Source of the DNA: Candidatus Binatia bacterium
GTDB lineage: Bacteria > Desulfobacterota > Binatia > Bin18
Length of the DNA: 64,000 nt
Reading direction: 5' to 3'
Assembly: GCA_963664395.2 (NCBI GenBank)
Contig: OY761159.2
Span: 2,560,001 to 2,624,000, forward strand
The notes under the pieces were generated by a model, which saw only the letters and a program-made list of their open reading frames with translations, was not told the origin of the DNA and did not search any database. Position numbers and translations under genes: made by a program. Shown in pieces: positions 9,669 to 20,548 of this stretch (within the stretch, counting starts at the first letter, position 1; the number at the start of each line of letters is the position of its first letter).

Positions 9669-12600
9669 TTACTCAGATTTGGGAATCGGCATTCGCGGAG
9701 GAGCAGTCTTCCACATTAGAGCTACCTCGTCTGGAGTGAGTCCGTAGGCTTCATTCACCAAGTCACTGATTTGGCGTTCCAGGTTCAAGGCTTCGGCGGC
9801 TTGAATGCGAGCTGGTTCAATTGTCCGAGCGTGCTCATCACGTAGGCTTCGGAGGGCGGCAACGCTGAGCGGGTTCTTTTTGCCACGTAGCTTTTTTACC
9901 TCTGCGACAAAAGCGTCCGAATCAAGATCGCTGGGAGTTCGGAGTTTATTACTTGGCTTAGCAATTTCATGTTCCATCTGTAGCCAGTCCAAAATATCCA
10001 GACGAGTTTCTTGCTGGGATTTAGTAATTTGAAGTAAGCTCCGTGTGGCCTTTACAATCTCTGTATAGATCGAATCTGTAGGCTGCGTGATAGGCAAGGC
10101 TTCCATCATATAAGCCATTGGAGACAAACTTCGTCTTTTAGATGAGTGAATACCCGCCAGTTGTGCCACCACATCAGTGGTGAGTTCAAGACAGCAAGAA
10201 GGTAGAAATCATTTGTAGGAAGGAAATAAGTCTTATCATTACCTAATGTCTCTGCTGCGTCGTATGCGTAGCGCGGGTGATATTGAATTACTTGGTAAAA
10301 TATTTTGGGCTTGTCAAACATTTTCCAGTAAGCACACGCTCGCAATTCCCACCAATACCTTCCTTTGTCCTGCCTTTTTTTAAGGACCTCCTCAAATGGT
10401 TTCATGTAATTATAAAGACTGGGATACTTGTTCCGAAACACTTCCTCGGCCATATCTCCTGCCTCTGACCAGGGGTTTGGAAAATCGCTACTCGACTTCA
10501 TTACGATCATCCACAGCCCAGCCCAATCGGCCTCCCAACGCTTAATATCCTGCCCCCTAATATACGGCCTGACGAGTTCAGCACATTTTGGATCTGTCGC
10601 CACCAAGGAATTCCTAGTCTCCGAATTGATGAAAAAGACTTGGTTAAATCCAGTAAGAATTCCACGGTACGGCTTAACGCTTGCAAAATCCGATAAAGGC
10701 TCAGCCCGCTTCTGAATTTTTTTCAACAGGTCAACGACGGCTTTCGATTCTAATTGCCAAGCCTCGCTTTTGAGTTGGGATAGTTCCATCTCTACCCCCT
10801 CCCGGTCGATCTGCTCACTTAGGTCATCGATACGCAACTGCTCGCGTGGGATAGTGCAAAGCCGAGCCGTGGTTGGTTTAGAGATAGCTGTTGGTTTACG
10901 TGCAACAATAATAGACGGAAATACATCTGCCTCCTTAAAAATTTGCTTGGCGTGGCCAAAATCTACCACCGACTCGATCCAAGCCTTCTCGCCGAAGAAG
11001 CGCCGGAGTGCCTCTCCATAGCCTGCTTTCATCCACTTATTGGTGACAATGAAGGAAAGGAGACCGCCCGGCTTCAAAACGCGGATACCCAACTCGTAAA
11101 AATAGACGTACAAATCTGCCATGCCATGAAAGGATTCATAGGCGTTCTGGAAATACGGCTTATACGGCTTCAGCAATTCCTGGCGGACATACGGTGGATT
11201 GCCTACCACCACATCAAAGCCACCTTGCTCGAACACCTCTGGAAACTCAGCTTTCCAATTGAAGGCTTTGGGGTGAACGTCTCTGGCATGGATAACACTA
11301 TTCCCTTGACAAATCGTTTTATCCAGACTGGTTAAGACCTTCCCCCGGGCCGCTGTCTTTACCCACAAGCTGAGTTGACAGATTTGTACTGCCTCTGCAT
11401 TGAGGTCCACGCCATACAGGTTGTTTTGCAGGATTTGCCGGTCGAGATCGAACAGGGTTGGCTGGCCGCTCAGTTCTTCCAACCGGTCGTTGGATGCCTG
11501 ATAGGCCGTGTATAGCTGGTCAAACGCTTCGATCAGAAACGCACCGCTACCACAAGCTGGGTCAAGCACGCGAATGCTGCCTAGTGCTTTCTGCCAGTCG
11601 GCCCAAAAACGAATGAGCGTCGCCCGCTGTGGGTTATTCAGCTTGTCCAGCTCGTACACGTTGGGATCAGCTATGACGCTACGTGCGGTTCCTGTTGCTT
11701 CTTGCTCGTGCTGTTTACGCAACACCTCAAAACGGTCGTTTAGTACGCCGCCTAATGCTTGCTGGATTATATAACGAGTGATGAAGGCGGGCGTGTAAAA
11801 GGCTCCTTCTGTCTTACGACGCGACTTCGTCTTCTTGGTATCGCCCTGTTCGATCTGTCCGTCCATCTCGTTTCGCAGCCGCTCCAGGTCGGTAATCGAC
11901 TGCTCAAAAATATGGCCTAAAATATCCACATCAACCATGAGCCCGGCTGTCTCGCCCTCTTCATACAAGGCGACTTCGTTGGCGGGGCGATAATCGTAAT
12001 CTCCTAAATTGCGAAAGTAGCCGCAGACTTCATCCGGCACGTTTAAACCATCCACATCCAACACCGGATCAGGAGCAAATAAGCCGCCATTATAGGCAGG
12101 GATGTTCAAACCCACGTTACCTTGGTCAATGGAACGGAACAGTCCGCGAAAATTGTCCCAGATTGGACGGGGGTTATATGGGTCGCGGTGCTCAAATGCC
12201 TTTTTGATTGTTTCAGGAGGCAAGAGGCTTCGGTCTTCACAAAAGGCGCAAAATAAAATCCGATCCAGGAGTTTTTGGGTACAGCGGAGTACTTCATTTG
12301 GAGAAATCTCAGGATTCCTCAAACGCAACTGGTCAAACGCAGCCCTGCGCATATCAGCATAGCGAGCATAAAAGTCCTTGGTTAATTCGCGCTCTGTGGT
12401 TTCTGAGGCTTTGAGGAGGGCGTACAGATGGCATCTGCCTGTTTTTGGGGTGACTCGCTCCGCGCCGAGCAGAAAGACGAAGCGCTTCAACAGGGTATCA
12501 TCTTCACTGAGGCGAACAGTTTCAAAGCGTTCATAGGTGTGTTGGTCTGAGCCCTTGTGATACAGCCGAGTTTCCCGCATTGAGGTGACAATGATCCAAT

Positions 12601-13036
12601 CGCAAGGCAGATTGATTGCGTAGCGATAGGCTTGATCAACGGCTGACATATGCCGTCCTGCATATGGGCGTTCCAAAGGGTCTTTTGGGCCTTTCCCTTC
12701 TAGTGCGACGACCGGTTGCTCGGAGTCATCCCCGAATTGACCGAGTACGGCGTCGGCAAACTTACCGTCTACCTGCACGTGCTTTTCGCGAGACAACGTA
12801 TAGACGTTGTTCCCATCTGCCGGTCGCGTATAGCTGAGCAATTCACAGAAAAAGTCAGTCAGAAAGTCAGGTAGCAATTCCTTTTCTTTGAAGGAATCGA
12901 CCTTTTTCGACCGCATCAATTCAGCCCAATGCGCTAACTTGGGGCGTAGGGCTTCTACATGCCCAGGCAATTCAAACGTGGCAACATCTCTCCGCAGCAC
13001 ATCTGGGCGGAACAAGGGTTTGGCTTCAACTGGCAT
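9669..13036 (-). pseudogene. Type IIG (Eco57I-like) restriction-modification enzyme with a 1-bp frameshift near 10129
   Basis: N-terminal ADAVLG...LEGK nuclease motif, DPACGSGAFL, NPPY; two overlapping ORFs (10106-13036, 9669-10172) join as HLKDE-x-LSPMAYMME. Confidence 0.85.
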
Positions 13037-13200
13037 GACTGTCTCTCAGCACTGTCCTGGAGTCGTATGCGGAAAGTTGTAACCTTCTTAACTTTGTTTA
13101 AGGTGGAGAGCACCCCCACTCAGGAAGAATCGACTATCTTTACCAAGGGGCCATTGCTGGACTCACCCCCGCTCTCATGGTAAGCGCTGAGGCTGGCTGG

Positions 13201-13296
13201 GGGGAAGGATACGGCCCGGTGGCTGTACCGGTCTTCAAAACCGAGTTGCGTGGCGTAACGTTGCGCGGATGGTTCGACTCCATCCCTTCTCCGCCA
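13201..13296 (+). tRNA. selC: tRNA-Sec (anticodon UCA)
   Basis: 8-bp acceptor stem GGGGAAGG/CCTTCTCC plus GCCA, anticodon loop CTTCAAA, long variable arm, GGTTCGACTCC T-arm; next to selA. Confidence 0.95.
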
Positions 13297-13408
13297 AACC
13301 CTCTTCATATGTCAGGAATGTCCTATCAGGGTTCCTAGTCTGGGAGCGCAAAAGGAAATAAACCGAAGATTTCCTCCGCCCGTCGAATCCGAAGACGGCG
13401 TTCGTGGT

Positions 13409-13657
13409 TCAAATCAAAGGCGGTGATGCCGTTCGACCTAATGCGCGCAGAGCCTGAACGCGGAGGAGGGAGATCGTTTCACTCAGCTCCACCAGGGCTT
13501 CGAGTTCCACTCGTTCCGATTCCGATAGGTGACCCTCCGTATTCCGATCCATCAAGGTCTGAAGATGCGTATCGATTTTCTGAGGAAACTGTAGATCGGC
13601 AATAGAGGTCACAAGTTCAATAGGGGCTTCGATTGTTGCTCCACTCGATTCTCTCAT
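13409..13657 (-). CDS. Small hypothetical protein (antitoxin-like helical)
   Basis: GGAGG RBS; L..LMDRNTEG.LS..ER.ELEAL pattern seen in small TA-associated proteins. Confidence 0.6.
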   Translation of the reverse strand: MRESSGATIEAPIELVTSIADLQFPQKIDTHLQTLMDRNTEGHLSESERVELEALVELSETISLLRVQALRALGRTASPPLI

Positions 13658-13715
13658 ATTCCCTCCACTGTCGTTTCTCACAAACGTATATCTATCATTT
13701 TTTGTAGGGATACGT

Positions 13716-15086
13716 TCACGGCACAAGGTCCTGCGGATCAAAAATACCGCGCAGATCGAGCAAAAACGTGTCGTTGTGAATGCGACCTAAAATGGGCGGC
13801 TCGGCCTGCCGAAAACGCTGCGCGATTTTTTCTGCGGATAGTCTGGCATGTCGAACCGCAATGACCTTGCTTGGGAGTTCCTCCTCCGGCAGCGCCCCAC
13901 TGCCGATCTGGGCCGTTGCGTCTTCGACGCTCACATAAAATTCATTGCTAAGCGTCTGCTGTACAAGCGGAACGGCTTGGGCCGCCAGGGCCTCCATTTC
14001 CTTCAACGGTCGAGTCAGCCAACGCAGGGTGGGTAAATCCTGCTGTAAATTCGGTGAACGACGGTACAGGCGCAGTGTGGCGCTCAGGGCCGCCAGCGTC
14101 AGCTTGCCGAGACGTAGCGCCCGTTTGAGCGGGTTCTTTTTGATCTTGTCCACCCATTCTTTGCGACCGACAATGAGACCTGCCTGTGGCCCGCCGAGGA
14201 GTTTATCGCCGCTAAAGGTGACCACATCCGCGCCTTTGGCAATCCGCTCTGCCACGATCGGCTCCTTCGGCAATCCGTAGTGCGACAGATCAATCAGCGC
14301 GCCAGCCCCCAGGTCTTCCATGACCGGGACGGCCTGTGCGTTTCCCATGGCAACTAGCTCTTCCAGCCCAACTTCCGAGGTAAAGCCAATGACCCGATAA
14401 TTGCTGGTATGGACTTTGAGCAAGACACCCGTCCGGGCCGAGATGGCGCTGGCATAATCGTGCGGATGGGTCCGGTTGGTTGTGCCGACTTCGCGCAGCT
14501 CCACGCCGCTCTTGCGCATGACATCCGGGATACGGAAAGAGCCACCAATCTCAATCAGCTCACCACGGGAAACAATCCCTTCCTTCCCCTCCGCGAGCGT
14601 ATTCAGTGCCAATAACACCGCGGCCGCATTGTTATTCACAACAGTTGCCGCTTCAGCGCCGGTCAGTGCAATCAAGTCGGCCTCGACCAGATCGTCCCGG
14701 TCGCCACGGCCGGCCCGAGACACATCATATTCGAGCGTCACGGGTGTGGACGCCGCCCGGACCATTGCGGCTACGGCCTCCTGCGCCAGCAGGGCACGCC
14801 CGAGGTTGGTATGCAACACCGTGCCGGTGGCATTGATGACCGAACGCAAGGGTGATTGGTCCTCGCGCCGGAGTCGGGTTATAATGCGCTCGACCAGGGC
14901 GCGCTCGGCAAGCGGAGCGGTATGAGCGCCGGACATAATATCTTGACGCAACGTCTCCAACACCTGACGAATAAGGTCGGTAATATAGGTTCGGTTGTAG
15001 CGTGCCAGGATGGGCTGAAGCGCTTGAGCGCCCAGAAGTCTTTCCACGGATGGGAGCGCGCGCAGGAGGGGGTGAGGCTTTGTCAT
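13716..15086 (-). CDS. selA: L-seryl-tRNA(Sec) selenium transferase
   Basis: VINATGTVLHTNLGRA, VNNNAAA, EIGGSFR, FSGDKLLGGPQAG. Confidence 0.98.
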   Translation of the reverse strand: MTKPHPLLRALPSVERLLGAQALQPILARYNRTYITDLIRQVLETLRQDIMSGAHTAPLAERALVERIITRLRREDQSPLRSVINATGTVLHTNLGRALLAQEAVAAMVRAASTPVTLEYDVSRAGRGDRDDLVEADLIALTGAEAATVVNNNAAAVLLALNTLAEGKEGIVSRGELIEIGGSFRIPDVMRKSGVELREVGTTNRTHPHDYASAISARTGVLLKVHTSNYRVIGFTSEVGLEELVAMGNAQAVPVMEDLGAGALIDLSHYGLPKEPIVAERIAKGADVVTFSGDKLLGGPQAGLIVGRKEWVDKIKKNPLKRALRLGKLTLAALSATLRLYRRSPNLQQDLPTLRWLTRPLKEMEALAAQAVPLVQQTLSNEFYVSVEDATAQIGSGALPEEELPSKVIAVRHARLSAEKIAQRFRQAEPPILGRIHNDTFLLDLRGIFDPQDLVP

Positions 15087-15229
15087 ACCCGCCTCAGCTT
15101 GTCACACGGCTTTCCCCCTTGCAACTGCGAAAGCCGAACTGCTAGCCTCGCCCTGAAGAAGAACCGTGTTCTTCACTGATTCCTGATCGGCTGAACACGG
15201 TTCTTCTTTACAGACAAGGGAGGCCGACT

Positions 15230-16330
15230 ATGGCAAGCGTTGCGGAACACTATCACGAGACGACGACCCGCCAGGCCGAACAGATTCTGTCGTTCTTGCG
15301 GACCTTTGAGGCGCTCCAGGAGCAGGTCCATTTAGGGAAAATCAGCCAGCATCAGGCCGAACTCGTCGAAAAAGTGGGCGACCTCTTTTCTGCCATCAAT
15401 GCGGAGAACGAACACCTGGAAGTCCCGCCGGAACGGGCCGCCTTCCATACAAAATGGCTGCCCGCCCTTGAACATCTTGACGATGCGTATACGTCCTTTC
15501 GCACCGGCTCAGCGCATAATTTTATTGTCGCCTATATGCAGAGCCGGCAGGCATTTTCATTGGGTAAATATCTGTTGTACAGCCTGCGCGCTGCGCTTCC
15601 GCCCATTCAGCCGTATTGGTTTTTGCCGGATGATTTCCCGCGTCGGACAGAGCTTGAAACACCAGCCACAAGCAATAGTGCCCGCACCGGGGTGATGCAT
15701 CGGGAGCAAACCAATAAGCACGCCGAGTATTCATTGTATGTTCCCGAGAACTACGACCCCGGCAAACGCTGGCCCCTTGTTATCACCCTCCACGGAGGCC
15801 ATGGGCGCGGCGATGACTATCTTCTCACCTGGCTCAGAACAGCGAAGAGTCGAGGCTTTCTCCTCCTCTCGCCCAAATCCCTGGGCCGGACCTGGTCCAT
15901 TGAGCAGCCGGGGCTGGATGTGCGCTCTATTCTGTCCATGCTTGAAGAAGTCATGGATGAATACGCGGTGAATACGAGTCGTATTCTGGTCAGCGGTCTG
16001 TCCGACGGCGGGACATTCTCGTATGCGCTCGGCATCAGTTGCCCGAAGCTCTTCGTTGGCATCGCCCCCATTGCCGGTGTCCTCCTGCCCCGGCTCGATT
16101 ATAAACAGGCCACCGCCCTGCCCATCTTTATTGTCCACGGGGCAAAGGATTTTATTTTCCCTGTCTCTTCAGCGCGCATGGCCCGGGACTTTTTAGAAGG
16201 ACAGGAGTTTGCCCACGTCACGTATACGGAGCTGCCCGACTGGGGGCACGCCTACACGTATGCCATCAATGAAACCCTTGTCCGGCCCTGGTTTGAAAAA
16301 CTCCCGGATCGACTCCACGCGACGGGCTAA
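15230..16330 (+). CDS. Alpha/beta-hydrolase (phospholipase/carboxylesterase-like) with N-terminal helical domain
   Basis: LHGGHG, GLSDGG nucleophile elbow, HGAKD, GH. Confidence 0.8.
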   Translation: MASVAEHYHETTTRQAEQILSFLRTFEALQEQVHLGKISQHQAELVEKVGDLFSAINAENEHLEVPPERAAFHTKWLPALEHLDDAYTSFRTGSAHNFIVAYMQSRQAFSLGKYLLYSLRAALPPIQPYWFLPDDFPRRTELETPATSNSARTGVMHREQTNKHAEYSLYVPENYDPGKRWPLVITLHGGHGRGDDYLLTWLRTAKSRGFLLLSPKSLGRTWSIEQPGLDVRSILSMLEEVMDEYAVNTSRILVSGLSDGGTFSYALGISCPKLFVGIAPIAGVLLPRLDYKQATALPIFIVHGAKDFIFPVSSARMARDFLEGQEFAHVTYTELPDWGHAYTYAINETLVRPWFEKLPDRLHATG

Positions 16331-16359
16331 AAGGCTTGTGGGCGATGGGGTGTGCTGGT

Positions 16360-17772
16360 GTGACTGACTCAACACAACAACTGGGCGTCATCATTCTTGC
16401 CGCCGGCAAGGGGACGCGCATGCGTTCCGACCGGGCCAAGGTGCTGCATCATCTAGCCGGCACACCGCTCCTGACGCATGTTCTCCACACCAGCCAAAGT
16501 CTGCATCCCAGCCGCCTGGTTGTTGTGGTTGGCCATCAGGCGGCTGCGGTTCAAGCCGCGGCTCAAGCCGCGTGTGGAGGAGAGGGGGTACGCTTCGCCC
16601 TCCAACAAGAGCAGCGTGGCACGGGCGACGCGGTACGCGCGGCCAAAGAGCAGTTTGCAGGCTTTCGGGGTGATATTCTGATTGTCTCCGGCGACGTGCC
16701 ACTCCTCACGCCACAGACCCTCGCTCAGTTTGTCACGGCGCATCAAGAGCATCAGGCGACCCTCTCTGTCCTGACCGCGCAGCGCGCCGACCCGGCTCAG
16801 TACGGCCGTGTTATGCGCCGGTCCGACGGGCAGGTCGTCCGCATTGTTGAGGCGCGTGACGCCTCGGCCCAAGAATTCAGCGTCCAGGAAATCAACACCG
16901 GCATATACTGTGTCAGGGCGGACTTTCTCTTCTCCGCACTTGATCGTCTCCAACCAACCAATGCGCAAGGCGAATACTATCTGACCGACATCGTTGCTGC
17001 GGCAGTCCGGGCCGGGCTGCCGACCCGTGCTGTTCTCACTCCTGACTTTCACGAAGTCGAAGGGGTGAATTCTCGACAGGAGCTTGCCCGTATGGAAACA
17101 ACGCACCAAGAACAACTCCGCCGTCAGTGGATGGACGCTGGTGTCACCTTTGAGGATGCGCAGACGGTCTATCTGAGTGATGAAGCGACCATAGGCCAAG
17201 ACACGGTCATTGGCCCGAATACCCATATCAAAGGCCGGACTGTTATCGGGTCGAACTGTAGGATTGACGGCGACGCCTATATTGAGAACTGTACTATCGG
17301 AGATAATGTCCGGCTCTATTTCTCGGTTGTGCTCAGTGACAGCCGGCTCGGCGATGACTCCTCGGCCGGGCCGTTTTCGCATCTGCGTGGCGGTGCCATG
17401 CTTGCCCCTCACGCTGAGGTCGGAAATTTCGTTGAAGTGAAAAAATCTACAATCGGCGAGCACACCAAAGCCAAACATCTTGCGTATATTGGCGACGCAG
17501 AGATTGGCAGGGAGGCCAATATCGGCGCCGGAACTATCACGTGTAACTACGACGGCTTCCGCAAGCATAAAACCAAGATTGGAGACCGTGTCCAAGTCGG
17601 CTCTGATACGACTCTGGTTGCCCCGATCACGATCAACGACGATGTGTATATTGCCACTGCAACCACAGTCCGGCACGATGTTCCCGCGGGCGCGCTGGTC
17701 TTTAATCCGCGTCAGGAAGAAACACGTGCAGGCTGGACCGCGGCCAAACGTGCCAAGGAAAGCGACACGTAG
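16360..17772 (+). CDS. glmU: Bifunctional UDP-GlcNAc pyrophosphorylase / glucosamine-1-P acetyltransferase
   Basis: LAAGKGTRM, EYYLTD, GNFVEVK, HLAYIGD, TCNYDG. Confidence 0.97.
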   Translation: MTDSTQQLGVIILAAGKGTRMRSDRAKVLHHLAGTPLLTHVLHTSQSLHPSRLVVVVGHQAAAVQAAAQAACGGEGVRFALQQEQRGTGDAVRAAKEQFAGFRGDILIVSGDVPLLTPQTLAQFVTAHQEHQATLSVLTAQRADPAQYGRVMRRSDGQVVRIVEARDASAQEFSVQEINTGIYCVRADFLFSALDRLQPTNAQGEYYLTDIVAAAVRAGLPTRAVLTPDFHEVEGVNSRQELARMETTHQEQLRRQWMDAGVTFEDAQTVYLSDEATIGQDTVIGPNTHIKGRTVIGSNCRIDGDAYIENCTIGDNVRLYFSVVLSDSRLGDDSSAGPFSHLRGGAMLAPHAEVGNFVEVKKSTIGEHTKAKHLAYIGDAEIGREANIGAGTITCNYDGFRKHKTKIGDRVQVGSDTTLVAPITINDDVYIATATTVRHDVPAGALVFNPRQEETRAGWTAAKRAKESDT

Positions 17773-17801
17773 GGGTACGGCGTGACCCAAAGGACTCAAT
17801 C

Positions 17802-19631
17802 ATGTGCGGCATCATGGGCTATGTTGGTCAGCGCGAGGCAGCCCCGTTGCTCCTCCAAGGGCTCAAGCGGCTTGAGTATCGCGGCTATGATTCCGCGGGA
17901 ATCGCCGCATTCACAAACGGGCATATTGCCATACGCCGCACGGTCGGCAAGCTCGCCAATCTTGATCAGTTGTTGCAGGCAGAACCGCTGTCTGGCTCAG
18001 TTGGCATTGGCCACACCCGCTGGGCGACCCACGGCCCGCCATCCGAGGAGAATGCCCACCCGCACCGGGCCGGCGCCGTGGTGGTCATCCATAATGGCAT
18101 TATCGAGAACTATCTCGCCCTGCGCCACGAGCTCATGGATAAAGGACGGACGTTCAGTTCTGAGACGGATACTGAAGTCATTGCCCACCTGATCGACCAA
18201 TACCTGCAAGAGGGCCACTCCTTCGCTGAGGCGACCCGGGCCGCCCTGCGGCATCTTTCCGGTTCGTTCGCTCTGGTTGCCCTGAGCGAGCGAGACCCTG
18301 GGATGCTCCTGACGGCCAAAAATGCCACGCCTATTGTGATCGGGCTCGGAGAAGGAGAAAGCTTTGTGGCCTCCGATATTCCGGCCCTGCTCGATTACAC
18401 CCGCCGCGTGCTCTTCCTGGATGACGGCGAGATGGCCGAGGTGAGTTGCAAAGGCGTCGCGATCTCAGACTTTTCCGGCCGGCCGATTGCGCGCGAGCCA
18501 CGACTCATTACCTGGGACCCGATTACGGCCCAGAAGAGCGGCTATAAGCATTTCCTGCTGAAAGAAATCCATGAACAGCCCCAAGCCATTATCGATACCA
18601 TGCGGAGTCGCATCCTTGAGGAATCCGGCGAGATCGCGCTGGGTGAGCTTGCGGCTCAGCTTCCCGTGCTCGACGCGGTCAAGCGCACGACCCTGGTTGC
18701 GTGTGGCACGGCGTGGCACGCCTGTTTGATTGGGAAATTCCTTTTTGAAGAGCTGGCCGGATTGCCGACAGAAGTCGACTATGGCAGTGAATTCCGGTAT
18801 CGCCCCACGCCGCTCGATGCCGACAGCCTGGTTCTGGCGGTTTCTCAGTCCGGCGAGACTGCGGATACGCTGGCGGCGCTCGCAGGCGGCAGAGACAAGG
18901 GCGCCAGTACGCTGACCATCTGTAATGTGGTCGATTCGTCCATTGCGCGCAAATCCGACATGGTGGTCTATACCCATGCCGGACCTGAGATCAGCGTGGC
19001 CTCAACCAAGGCGTTCACGACGCAGTTGACCGCACTCTACCTTTTAGCCATCTATCTGGGACAACGCCGCGGCGTCCTGGGCAAAGAACAAAGTCGGAAA
19101 CTCATCGAAGACATCGTCAGCCTGCCCTCATTAGTCCAAGAGACATTGAAGGAGGCCAAAACGATTGAAAAGATCGCCAGGAAATATGGCCATGCCAGCG
19201 ACTTCTTGTATCTCGGGCGGGGCGTCAACTATCCCATCGCGCTTGAGGGCGCGCTCAAGCTCAAGGAACTGTCCTATATTCATGCCGAGGGCTATCCGGC
19301 CGGGGAGATGAAGCACGGTCCGATTGCCCTGATCGACGAGCAGATGCCGGTTGTCGTCCTCCTCCCAAAGGACCCGGTGTACGAGAAAACGCTCAGCAAT
19401 ATGAAAGAGGTCGAGGCGCGCGGCGGCCGCATCATCGCCCTGACCGACGCCCCGTCGCCCGAAATCGAAGAAATTGCCTGGGAGATTATCCAGGTCCCGA
19501 CAACAAACCACTTGCTCATGCCAATTCTGCTCAGCATTCCGCTCCAACTCCTGGCCTATCATGTGGCCGTGTATCGCGGGACCGATGTGGACCAGCCGCG
19601 CAACCTGGCCAAGAGCGTGACGGTGGAGTAG
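17802..19631 (+). CDS. glmS: Glutamine--fructose-6-phosphate transaminase
   Basis: MCGI, GHTRWATHG, SQSGETADT, C-terminal PRNLAKSVTVE. Confidence 0.98.
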   Translation: MCGIMGYVGQREAAPLLLQGLKRLEYRGYDSAGIAAFTNGHIAIRRTVGKLANLDQLLQAEPLSGSVGIGHTRWATHGPPSEENAHPHRAGAVVVIHNGIIENYLALRHELMDKGRTFSSETDTEVIAHLIDQYLQEGHSFAEATRAALRHLSGSFALVALSERDPGMLLTAKNATPIVIGLGEGESFVASDIPALLDYTRRVLFLDDGEMAEVSCKGVAISDFSGRPIAREPRLITWDPITAQKSGYKHFLLKEIHEQPQAIIDTMRSRILEESGEIALGELAAQLPVLDAVKRTTLVACGTAWHACLIGKFLFEELAGLPTEVDYGSEFRYRPTPLDADSLVLAVSQSGETADTLAALAGGRDKGASTLTICNVVDSSIARKSDMVVYTHAGPEISVASTKAFTTQLTALYLLAIYLGQRRGVLGKEQSRKLIEDIVSLPSLVQETLKEAKTIEKIARKYGHASDFLYLGRGVNYPIALEGALKLKELSYIHAEGYPAGEMKHGPIALIDEQMPVVVLLPKDPVYEKTLSNMKEVEARGGRIIALTDAPSPEIEEIAWEIIQVPTTNHLLMPILLSIPLQLLAYHVAVYRGTDVDQPRNLAKSVTVE

Positions 19632-19720
19632 GCATGCTGCGCCCAGGAAAGAATGCCGGTAGCCAGTCCATCTGAATATAGCTGTTAGACGTTCCGAGAA
19701 ACCCCAGCTATAGTTGAGCC

Positions 19721-20062
19721 GTGGCTGAACTATAGCTTCCCGCTGCTCCTGTCGCGTTTATCCGCAAGTGCCTTCGTGATAGCCGGGTTTACTGGACATA
19801 CCATGTCAATATGCGTCTGGGGCGACGGTTCATCGCCCGTGAGATGATTATTGCGGCGGCTGGGAGCTATGAGATTGTCGAGGCGTACCCGGACGACAAG
19901 TATTTTCCGAGTTACCTGCTCTTGGGGCGAAGAGGAGAGAAGGCGTTCCATGTTCTGTTCGGGGTCGATGTGGACGGACAGAATGTGCGAGTCATCACCG
20001 CGTACTACCCCGGCCCTGAGGAGTGGGAGGCAGACCTGAAGACCCGAAGGAGGAGCCCATGA
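19721..20062 (+). pseudogene. DUF4258-family putative toxin with in-frame TAG at codon 5
   Basis: GTG GCT GAA CTA TAG, then LPAAPVAFIRKCLRDSRVYWTYHVNMRL...YPDDKYFPSYL...VITAYYP...W; ORF track starts only at 19811. Confidence 0.7.
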
Positions 20063-20280
20063 AGTGCACCGTCTGTGGCGCTCGCATGAGTCCGACGACT
20101 ACCGCCTTACCATTCAAACTCTCCGAGGAACGTATTGTCATCCTCAAGCAACTGCCGGTCTTGCAGTGCACCTCCTGCCGCGAGTATCTCATTGAAGATG
20201 CCGTCATGGCGCGGATTGAGACGCTGCTCGGGCGTGCCGACAGTAGCGCAGAATTAGAGGTGCTTCGCTATGCGGCCTGA
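20059..20280 (+). CDS. YgiT-type zinc finger (MqsA-like) protein
   Basis: MKCTVCG...LPVLQCTSCREY; ATGA overlap with the DUF4258 gene. Confidence 0.88.
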   Translation: MKCTVCGARMSPTTTALPFKLSEERIVILKQLPVLQCTSCREYLIEDAVMARIETLLGRADSSAELEVLRYAA

Positions 20281-20548
20281 GGGTTGCGGACCACAGCCTT
20301 TGTCCTATGCCGCCGACTCCCTTCCAGCCGGCCCCGTCTCCAGGAGAAAGGATGATTGAGAGGAACGCATGATCTCCGGCGTGAAACAGTTACTTGAAGA
20401 CCTGGCGCGCACGCCAGCCAGACCCACCGGACATACACCGCCCAGGAACTCGAACTGTTTGAGACGTTCAAGGCGCGCTACGAACAGACGTTCGGACAGG
20501 GGAACCGCGGTGAGTGATATCCAACCCCCAATCCCAAAACCCCTCGTT

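Noticed and set aside
19632-19720. Tn7 insertion at attTn7 downstream of glmS
   Set aside because: No TGT terminus about 25 bp past the stop, no TnsB-site repeats and no tns genes; only a small TA-like pair follows.
19733-19735. Pyrrolysine readthrough of the TAG in the DUF4258 gene
   Set aside because: No pyl genes are visible and the codon is in a non-catalytic N-terminal position.
20300-20517. Short coding-like stretch (MISGVKQLLEDLAR / HRTYTAQELELFETFKARYEQ)
   Set aside because: Needs a frameshift and matches no family I recognise; at most a gene remnant.
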